DNA of 64,000 nucleotides, taken from positions 806,001 through 870,000 of the forward strand of contig OZ287086.1 of the NCBI GenBank assembly GCA_965645245.1, in the 5' to 3' direction. Below are positions 37,601-47,112 of the stretch, one piece after another. Source of the DNA: Massalongia carnosa. Taxonomy: Eukaryota. Position numbers and translations under genes: made by a program. The notes beneath the pieces are model-generated. The model worked only from the letters and a program-made list of their open reading frames with translations, was not told where the DNA came from and did not search any database. How positions within the stretch are numbered: position 1 is the stretch's first letter; each line of letters opens with the position of its first letter.

Positions 37601-39906
37601 TATACGCCTGAAACGTGGCAGGTGCATTCGCTAACCCAAAAGGCATTACTAGATATTCGTAGTGACCGTACCTGCATCTGAACGCGGTCTTACATTCGTC
37701 GCTGGCTCTAATGCATATAGAGTTGAAGGCGTCCCGAATGTCGAATTTGGTAAAGATGAGCGCACCTATCAACACTTCAACTAATACTTGAATTAATGGG
37801 AGTGGATAACGGTTTTCGATCGTTACTGCATTAAGACCTCGATAATCGACGCATAGTCGCAGGCCACCATCTTTTTTCTTCGCGAATAATATTGGTGCTC
37901 CAGCCGAGGACTTGTTTGGAACTATGTAACCTTTAGCTAATTCCTCGTCTAAATACTCACGGAATGCATTTAATTCTGTCCGTAATAAATTATAAATAGG
38001 CCCGAAAGGAATGTTTCCTTCGGTCTCAATCTCATGATCATGAGGTCCATGTTCCGGTAGTTTATATGCTTTCTATTTTGAGAATACATCACTATAGTCG
38101 GCATATTTGGAAGGGATTTCAGTTGGTACTTCAGTCACAGAACGAATTACTGTTCCCGTTTGGTCGAGATCTTGAATATTTAGAAGAAATGCTTGTATTC
38201 CCACTTCTACGCATAGCCTTCGTATCCCCTGGGAGTCCCCTACCGCTATATCTGGATGACTATTGGAAGTATTACTTCGAGGGACTTGTGTCCGCTCGAC
38301 TACAGGCTCACCAGTCTCAAGGTCATAGACCTCATGCAGACACGCCTAACCGTCCTTGTTTTCTGATGGACGAATATGGAACAATTTGCGCTCATGCCAG
38401 TGGATAACCGGGTCAACCTGATCTGGCTAGGGTATTCCCAGTATCATATCAAGGCCAAACATTTCAGCACCCACGAACGTTTTATCCGCTCGTACCTCTA
38501 TACCCTTATCATCAACCACTCCAACTTGAAGAGTGTGATTATGATAAGTTTATAGAGGCGTTCCATATAGTGTCTTCAATTCCGACGGCGGTGGGGACTC
38601 GACAGGGATTCGTAAGGCAGCCTCCTTCACCTTTATTTGGGAAAGGAAATTCCAAGTAGAACCGCAGTCGATCATAGCGCATATTTGCAGAAGTACCTTT
38701 TCAATGTATAATGTCACTACAGTGAATAGATGTTGTACCGTTTCACCTCTTTGTCTGCGAGCCAAAAAGATCGAGGCAACATCGATTGGCTCTAGGCTTT
38801 TCCCGACCTTCGAGATGGGCTCTACACTCGGAGCGTTTGTTACCTTTCTTGTTACAATTCTAGCATGTAATTCCAAAGTTATCGTAATTTTCTTCACGAG
38901 GCCTCTTGGAATTAGGCTGAGTAACAACAGCCTGTTTAGTGTTAGCGTTCTTGGGCTCATCGGGTTTAGAAGAGGTGGTTCTCATATAGGTAGAGGATCG
39001 CCGGGCGTACGACGGCCATGAGGATCTCTCTCCATTTACAGAACGAGATTGTGTTCTAGTAGAGGTGGTGCGAAGAAAGTCGGGTTTCGGCTCCACCCGC
39101 TCGGCCTCTCGTGCGGCTTCGATCAACTCTACACGGTTCTTGCCTTGTGAGTTGGCGCGAATAATAGCTCGTTGCAAGTAGTCATGTAGGGAATGTAAGA
39201 GGTTACTATGCTTTTGTGACTCCGAAGCCCTTTCCGGTAGTTGATCTTCGAGAGTCTCCAAGTAAGAAACCAATTCCGAGACGGATTGACCCGGACGTTG
39301 TTTAAGATTCTTTAATTGACCGCCGATGTCTAATAGTCAGAGGTGTTTGGGTTTGAGTTTCTCCTGTAAAAGGTGAGTCATATGTTCCCACGTATAGGTG
39401 GGTTGGTCTGGGGTTGGTCTTTCGCGATGCCCGTTATTCGCCGGGGTTCCGTTAATGAAGTTCTCAGCATAGAGAATCTTTGCCCTGTCAGTCGCATAAG
39501 TGATGGGTTTAGTCTCGAACGTCCGTTGACATTCTCTAATGAAGGTCTCATAGTCCTTCTGAATAGTACCCGTGTAAAGCTTATGGTCAGCAACTTTAAA
39601 GGACTTTTCGAGACGAAGAGGGTCCACTTCCTTTGCTCTGATAGGTATTGTCATAGTAGGAGGTTCTGTTGGGAAACCAGCGTCTCGTTCGGCCCTGGCC
39701 TTTTCGAGGTTAGTTGCCAATTGGGCTCGGGCGCGCTGGTCGTTGATATCATACAACTCCTGTTGCATCTCTTCCATATTTAGTAGTCGCTGGTCATTAC
39801 CAGGCCCCTCGCCAGAGGTACGCGTTATAGAAGAATCGTTAGTTCCTTCAAGTTGGGTAATGGGGTTACCTCTAGCAGATGCAGCAGGACGACCTCGTGG
39901 TGCCAT
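34690..39906 (-). pseudogene. G1 gag-pol, fragmented
   Basis: gag MAPRGRP...; [20 protein letters not shown] and YLDD; RH PDASG/EMLAIV; IN HD..GH, C..C, MDFI, TDRG, TER; chromodomain WEVEKILD. Confidence 0.93.
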
Positions 39907-39946
39907 ATCGTAGTCGGACCGTTCTTCGTTTTAAGACTGATCAATA

Positions 39947-40245
39947 TGTGAGGCGAAGTACGAACAGTATGACTATATGGCTCTACAGTAGTGGTAGGAC
40001 AATAGAATAGGAGTCGCTATAGAACAGCAGTAGGTGGAGTGTAATCAATAGATTGATCAGTGGTCCTCCGAAAGAGGTAGGCGAAGGGCTGTTTATCCTA
40101 TAGCCCCACCTTGATCAGGCCACGTTCGTTAAACTAATTGCTATTACATGATTGGACCGGTTGAGACTATCGCATGGGTGTCTTCCCGCGTACCTCCTGC
40201 AGAAGTATGCGACCGCTTCCTTTCTTATAGAAAGCTGTCCTGACA
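39947..40245 (-). repeat. G1 5' LTR
   Basis: tgtgagg...cctgaca. Confidence 0.95.
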
Positions 40246-40348
40246 CTATGTGTCTATATATTTTATTTCTTTCAGCCGGAAGGCTCCGTGTTGTAGACGA
40301 AGGAGACCCGTGTGACAGACATAGCTGACCCGTGTCGTACGTCTTTAG

Positions 40349-41086
40349 CTCTCAGCCGATGACTGCATGAAAGGACTTGAACCTTTAAGAGTATGACCGA
40401 ACGTTGTTAACGAGGTCTATGAAAATCTTATTAACGAGGTCTTCGAGAACAATATTAACGAAGTTCGGCTGAACTCTTTTCATTCGTTTTGGGATCCATC
40501 GAGGTCTACCCGTGTCAAATCAACACCATGCCCGTGTCAAAATACATTATTTTCAGCTAATGACTGCTAGAAAAGGACTTGAACCTCTAAAAATATGTAC
40601 CCCGATATAAACAGGGTGCAGATCTGTCTTAACGAGCCCCCGCAGAACCCCCTTCACAGGGACGTGTTATTGATTTGTGACTGTGTTTTTTGTGAATGTG
40701 TGTTTTGTGACTGTATATTTGTGACTGTATGTTTGTGACTGTGTGCTTTGTAACTGTGTACTTTGTGACTGTATGCTTTGTACAACGTGTAATTGATGAC
40801 TATGTGTTTTGTGACTCTCTGTTTTCCTCGATTTTATTTAACAGGCCGGGCCTATTAAATGGGATATTGTTATTATGCTCCGAGATAGAGTTTTCTTGAG
40901 GTGACAGCATTCGCCCCGGTGCCTTTACGCGTTCTGTTGATCCCAGCTGATGACTGCATAGGGAGACTTGAACTCTCAGGAGCTAGAACGCGTGTCGACT
41001 ATGCCCGGGTGGGGGATGATGCTGCTCCTTTGGTCCACATCTTCTTCCAGCTGATGACTGCATGAAGGAATTTGAACCCTTAGAAG
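40349..41086 (-). ncRNA. Four copies of a ~43-nt putative structured RNA motif (closing stem, T-loop hairpin, GCAGUCAUYRGCU)
   Basis: Copies at 40349-40391, 40549-40594, 40941-40981 and 41044-41086; compensatory changes in both stems; expression not shown. Confidence 0.5.
40676..40816. repeat. ~14-bp degenerate minisatellite (tttgtgactgtRtg)n
   Basis: About 8-9 units visible. Confidence 0.85.
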
Positions 41087-41277
41087 CATAGTACAGGGAC
41101 GCGCGCATTCTACCCCCCGGCGGTTGGCCTTCGTATCCTCTTCCGTACGTACGTCTGCGACGCGTGTGAACCGTTAAATTAGCATTGTTTTGATGCGAAG
41201 AGATAGAAGCAAATCTATATGTTTGACGGTCACCCCACGGTAAGGCCTTTGGCGTCTCCGTGGTGAGGACCGATGGT

Positions 41278-41354
41278 CCGACGGTGTAGAAGGAGGAGGA
41301 CCGATGGTGTAGAAGGAGAAGGACCGATGGTGTAGAAGGAGGAGGACCGATGGT
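41278..41354. repeat. 23-bp tandem repeat ggaccgatggtgtagaaggagga, about 3.3 copies
   Basis: Unit starts at 41298, 41321 and 41344. Confidence 0.9.
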
Positions 41355-41355
41355 T

Positions 41356-41533
41356 GGTCGCGTGCGACCAGCAGAAAAACTCTGCTAGAGCTTTGCTAGA
41401 GCTCTCCTATACTCAATCTGAGAGCGTTTTTGCACTGGAGGAGCTCAAATGACTGAGAAATAGAGACTCAATTGACTGTTAAAGTTATAGTGTATCAAAA
41501 GTTGCGGTACTTGTGTTTCTTGTTGATGTTGTT
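41356..41533 (-). mobile_element. Isolated LINE 5'-terminal ~178 bp
   Basis: Matches C 16936-17107 (ggtcgcgtgcgacc...gcggtacttgtgtttcttgttg). Confidence 0.92.
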
Positions 41534-42672
41534 CTCATCGAAACAGTTAATGCAATTCAATAACATGTTTTCTGGTGTTTGTCGTTGATTGCATCGATTA
41601 GTGCATTTTGACGAATTATAATCTTTCAATCGCTGTAAATATATTCGAAAATAGCCGTGTCCGAATTTTAATTGCATATTAGTAGCAAATATCAATTTGG
41701 AATAGTTGTTTGATAAATAATAAAAACTCGATATGCAAGGTTTCAAATCGAATTTCTCATAGTATTTGCCTTTTGATTTGCATTGTTGCCATTGATTCCT
41801 CCATGTGGTTAGCATATTTTGATTTATTTAATTTTTTACAAAATCAAATATTATCGCCGAGGACTCGACTAGGATTCGATTTTGGCCTGTCTTTGCTGTT
41901 TTGTCTGCAATTTCGTTTTCGGTAATTTTGAATGACTTGGAACCTATTGCAAAATCACCTGATAATTGCTTTCAAATAAGTGTTTTGCGAGCTTTGGAAT
42001 TTGTCTTGCGAAAATATGATTTGTTAAGTTCTGAATTTCGTTTATCGCGTTTATACTTTCAGAAAAAAACCAAATCGTTTCTTCTAAGTTCGATAAAATA
42101 TTAGTATTCGACAAGTAATAGACCCATTTCATTGCTTGTAATATCGCATTGAGTTCAGCATTTTTAATGCTTGACTGTTTGCTTAAATTCCAGCTTTTCG
42201 AAATCGTATGATACTTGATCAGACAATATTTTTCGATAAATCGATCATAATTATTGATAAAAATACTCCAATTCCGCATAATTAGCGCAAATGTGACCGC
42301 AAACGTTGCATCGATTTTTGATCCATCCGAATAAAGTAAAAATCGGGATTTACCGGAGTTCATTGATTAAATTTTGGATAAGGTCGAACGAATAATAACT
42401 TGATTTTGCAGATTCTTTTGTATTTTCGGTTTGAAATTCGATTTTGCAAGACGATTTCCAAAGTTTAATGAAATGATTTGATTGTTCAAATTTATCGGTT
42501 TTTTGAACTATGTCGGAAACGGAATGAAGAACGCGAATAAGCTGACTAGGATATCGTTTATTTGTTTGTATTTCGTATTCGTTCTATTAGGCATATTTGT
42601 TGTTCTATAAACTAGTGTCAAAACCGATGTTTTCAAATTTTATCGAATATATGTTTTGAATTCTTTGACAAA

Positions 42673-44574
42673 TGTTATGATCTACCTAGAGACAAGTCAT
42701 AGGGACACTAGAAATGAATAAAATAAAGATGAAGAAGGAAAAAGACAATCGACAACAAGAACCTGCCCCTATATATCCTCTACTGCGCTAGTACCCATAT
42801 GGTATAGTCGTCATGGAACCTTCTAGCAGCTGCGGGAACGAAATCGAAAGCGCCTGCGTGTTCCATCTACGATTGCCCTAGGCGGTGCCGAGTGCCGAGG
42901 TCGTGCCGTGTAGAATCGTGACACTACCCTTCGCTTTAAATCGCGATCACCTGAGCGCGAACTAGGCGGTGCAAGCGGTGAAGGCAGTCAGTAGTCAGCG
43001 GTGAAACTGGTTCATTAGCTGAAGTGCTTCAGATTCTTTGCCAAGGTTTCCCGTGTCTTTCCAAGCTCTTTCGTCGATTTTCCGGTAATTTCGGTGCAGT
43101 CAGTGCTGTGGTGTCTGGGGTCTGGTGTCTGGTGTCTGGTGCCTGCTCTCTGGTTTCTGGTGTCTGGTGTCTGGTAGTTCTGGTTCTGGTTCTGGGTCTG
43201 GTTGGTACGACTGGTCAAACTAGTGCAAGGGTCGCTCGTTGTCGTTCCGATTTGGGGTTCTTTTACATCCGCCACCGATGATGGTTCTTCTTGGTCTGGG
43301 TAGTTCTGAAGGTTCTGGTGGTTCTGGATCGTACGACTGGCCTAGTGCAAGGGTCGGTCGTTATCGTTCCGATGTGGGTTTCTTTTACATCCGCCACCGA
43401 GGATGGTTCTTCTGGGTTCGAGTTCTGGGTCTGGGTGACTGGCCTAGTGAAAGGGTCGCTCGTTGTCGTTCCGATGTGGGTTTCTTTTACATCCGCTACC
43501 GAGGATGGTTCTTCTAGGTTCTGGTTCTGGGTCTGGGTGACTGGCCAAGTGCAAGGGTCGCTCGTTGTCGTTCCGATGTGGGTTTCTTTTACATCCGCCA
43601 CCGAGGATGGTTCTTCTGGGTTCGGGTTCTGGGTCTGGATGCCACACTGTAGGGGTGGCGGCCTTCTGGTTCTGGTTCTGGGTCTGGGTGCCACGCTGTA
43701 GGGGTGGCGGCCTTCTGGTTCTGGTTCTGGGTGACTGGCCTAGTGCAAGGGTCGCTCGTTGTCGTTCCGATGTGGGTTTCTTTTATATCCGCTACCGAGG
43801 ATGGTTCTTTTAGGTTCTGGTTCTGGGTCTGGGTGACTGGCCAAGTGCAAGGGTCGCTCGTTGTCGTTCCGATGTGGGTTTCTTTTACATCCGCCACCGA
43901 GGATGGTTCTTCTGGGTTCGGGTTCTGGGTCTGGATGCCACACTGTAGGGGTGGTGGCCTTCTGCTTCTGGTTCTGGGTGACTGGCCTAGTGCAAGGGTC
44001 GCTCGTTGTCGTTCCGATGTGGGTTTCTTTTACATCCGCCAGCGAGGATGGTTCTTCTGGGTTCGGATTCTGGGTCTGGCTGCCACGCTGTAGGGGTGGC
44101 GGCATTCTGGTTCGGGTTCTGGGTCTGGGTTCCACGCTATAGGGGTGGCGGCCTTCTGGTTCTGGTTCTGGGCGCCACGCTGTAGGGGTGGCGGCCTTCT
44201 GGTTCTGGTTCTGTTTCGTACGACTTGCCTAATGAAAGGGTCGTTCTTTCTTCAGTCCTCGATTCGGTGAGTTCTTTTACATCCCTCACGTAGGATAATA
44301 GATAAAGACGATCTTTATTGTAATGTTATGATCTACATAGAGACAAGTTATAGGGACACTAGAAACGAATACAATAAAGATGAAGAAGGAAAAAGACTAT
44401 CGACAACCAAAACCTGCTCCTATATATGCTCTACTGCGCTAGTACCCATATGGTATAGTCGTCATGGAATCTTCTAGTAGCTGCGGGAACGAAATCGAAA
44501 GTGTCTGCATGTTCCATCTAATATTACCCTAGGCGGTGCCGAGTGCCGAGGTCGTGCCGTGTAGAATCGTGACA
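42673..44574 (-). mobile_element. Non-autonomous LTR retroelement (TRIM/LARD-like) with a tandem-repeat interior
   Basis: 251-bp LTRs at 42673-42923 and 44324-44574 (TG...CA); TSD acaaa at 42668-42672 and 44575-44579; PPT-like aagcgaagggtag; no gag or pol motifs. Confidence 0.93.
43180..44290. repeat. Composite tandem array: ~100-bp unit (7 copies + 1 degenerate) mixed with ~40-bp ccacgctgtaggggtggcggcc units and (ggttct)n
   Basis: Recurrent gactggcctagtgcaagggtcgctcgttgtcgttccgatgtgggtttcttttacatccgccaccgaggatgg. Confidence 0.9.
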
Positions 44575-45187
44575 ACAAATGTGGTTGTTTTCGGCAATCT
44601 TCAATAATTTAATTCCGTATTTTTGATTTTTAATTAATAATTAAAGTTTTACGGGTAAAACATATGATCCAATTTCCATGGCCTGAATAGTTGTGATTTT
44701 GAAAGCTCCTAAAATCTTTCGAATCATTCGATTTTCTAGGTTCTGAAATAGTTTTTCATATTTCTTTTGACCATTATACCAAATTTTTGAACCGTAGTCC
44801 GAAATAGGAATTATGCATGACAAATAGAGCTCTCTGCATGCAATCGGTTTCAGACCCCATTTTGATTTCATCAAATACTGAATTGGAAAAAACGATCAAT
44901 TCGCAGAAGAGATTCGCGTTTCCACGTGTTTTTCGAAATTTAGTTTTCGGTCTAGCCAGACGCCGAACCATTTGACTATATTTTTCAGTTCTAGTATTGT
45001 CCCGTTTGGTAATTCAAATGTGTCTTTCGATACATTTCTTGTCTATTCGAAGTTAATCAGCTCGGATTTATCGTCATCAAATTTAATATTATTTTATGCG
45101 GCCCAATCAAATGCTTTTTTAACTATGATTTTAATTTCTTTGCAATTCTGTTTTGGAGTTTTATTTTCAACATATATTGCAACATCG

Positions 45188-47030
45188 AATTCATCGATGA
45201 TATCTAACAATTGATCAGCTATAGCATGTTGTGTGGGGCTTGAAGGACCGTTCCAAAATGGATATTGCAGATTGAAATTACCAAGCAGGATATAATGCAC
45301 GCCTTGCTTTAGCATGCTCCGAGCGGTCGATAGAGTGAGGGGCTGTCAGTGGACGAATAGGAGGCAAGGGAGGGATTGTATACGTTGGGTATATTGATCA
45401 CCTCCGCTACGCCTTTGGTGCATGTTTCAATTTTTAGCGTGCACATGTAGGCCGAGGGACATTCTACTTCCCAGCTGTCAGTGTCTATTGAACTGTTGAT
45501 ATAGAAGCACACTCTGGTGTCGCCTCCTTGGCGGTATATGAGGTGAAAGCTACTTTAATGTGAACTGAGCGATATGGGGGGGGATCGGTTCCGCAACGGC
45601 TCCTGTATTGCAATGATATCATAGTCTACCTAGCGCTGGTTTTGCTAAGGCTTTGATTATGTTTTCAGGATTCATAATGCGTATATTAGCCCAGGCTAAT
45701 ACTTGCTCTCCTTGGGAGAAGCCCGATGATAAATTGGCTGAGAGCCTCGAGTTGTGTATTTTTCTTTTCTTGCCGTTCACAATCTTCCATGTTGACGAAA
45801 TTTCGTTCGTTTGTATAGCTGTGAGTGTCGGCGCTCCTCGAAACTGGAATAAAGGCGATTATGACTTAGTTGTGTATAGTGGAGCGCGGTTTTGTATAGC
45901 AATTTCACTTTTTCGCTTTTCAGCCTTTCTGATTTTGCATGCTGTAGACCACGCCTCGTGTCCCTTCTCTCCGCATACGGCACATCGACGGTATTGCCCC
46001 GTTGTCTCCAAGTTGCATTCTTTACTTTGATGTCCACCGGCACAGTGACCACAAGCCGCGGGATTGCGACATGATCTACCTATGTGGCCATATTTCTGGC
46101 AATTGAAGCATTGGGTCATAGTACAACCGCGTGTAAAACGCTCACAGTCTTTTATTACGTAGTTCTCTATCAGACCCTCGGTAATGAGCCGGTTGGCCAT
46201 CTCGGCGGTAGCGACCTCCATGTGTAGCGTTGAGTATGGTTTCTTCTCCCTGATGGCCTTGACTGACCAAGCTACTTTGATTATCTTGAGGTCAGAATAC
46301 AGGCGTACGTTGGCGGCCTGCAGGTACGCGATAGCAGTTGATTGATTGGCCACTTTGATGTTTTCCACCCTGATTCCATTTGCCCTTACTGTGAAGGTAC
46401 GAGTTTTCACCGCTGCGGAGGCGGCCATCATGCGGGTCCAGTCGGTCATTTCCTGCAGAATTTTCTTTGCCTCCAATGACTCCGTGTGAATCCTTATGTC
46501 GCCATTTAACAAGCGCGACACTCCTCGTATTCCTTCCGCTCTATTTTGCAATGTTTCTACTAGCTCTTTGGCATCAGCTTTATTTTTTCCTTATCTGCAT
46601 TCTCCGTTAGGTGAACAGTGATTTCTAGAGCGCGTCGCGCTTCCTTCGGTGTAGGTGTTTTGTCCTTTGAAGTCGGTTGGGACTTGACATTTTTCTTCGC
46701 TGGGGGTGCGGGCCCATCACGACCTCGCCCCGTGGCGGCATCGGCGTAGCTTTAGGGAGTTATATCCTTCTGTTCTATGCGTGTCATTGTTTGTTGAATA
46801 GATTGTAGAGTGTTATTGAGGATATTGGGCGCCTTTGCGACTTCGTCGTCGATCTGCTTTTGCGCTTGCAAAAGCTCCGCTGAATTTTTCAGCAACTGTA
46901 ACGCCACCGGGTCACCCACAGTTCCCACACGATCAAGATACCCCTTGATTTTCTCACGCAAGCTTTCCTTCTTTTCGCTATATTCATTCAAGATCGCGTT
47001 TTGCTGATTGAATGAATTCATAATCGCACT
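45188..47030 (-). mobile_element. Second LINE family H (Tad1-like): ORF1 and start of APE
   Basis: ORF1 knuckles CFNCQKYGHIGRSC, CGHCAGGHQSKEC and CAVCGEKGHEAWSTAC; APE remnants IAIQEP, NVYNP, LGNFNL; DNA unrelated to family A-G. Confidence 0.85.
45859..47021 (-). pseudogene. LINE H ORF1
   Basis: Pieces 46752-47021 and 45859-46551. Confidence 0.8.
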
Positions 47031-47112
47031 TTATGCAATTAATATCTATCTATGGTACGAATAATAACAGCTCAGGAAAGTACGATATCTATAAAGACGT
47101 TAATCGTTATCC

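Larger units (their letters stand above)
33336..40245 (-). mobile_element. Ty3/gypsy chromovirus G1, full length, degenerate
   Basis: 299-bp LTRs at 33336-33634 and 39947-40245; TSD ctatg at 33331-33335 and 40246-40250; PPT-like aggaggagggtac; gag-PR-RT-RH-IN-chromodomain order. Confidence 0.96.
41536..45187 (-). mobile_element. LINE copy G (RT C-terminus to RNase H), truncated at both ends and interrupted by an LTR element
   Basis: Homologous to C ORF2 from DVAIYVENK to LLNCINCFDE; many stops. Confidence 0.9.

Noticed and set aside
40941..41086. Hammerhead ribozymes suggested by plus-strand CTGATGA
   Set aside because: No GAAA after the putative stem II, copies 1 and 2 read ccgatga and ctaatga, and the wobble pairs favour the minus strand.
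40349..41130. tRNA genes suggested by GGTTCAAGTCC
   Set aside because: No acceptor, D or anticodon arms could be folded by eye; only the T-arm is present.
43015..44142. Repetitive proteins on both strands
   Set aside because: Overlapping ORFs in many frames arise from stop-poor tandem repeats; frames are not kept between units.
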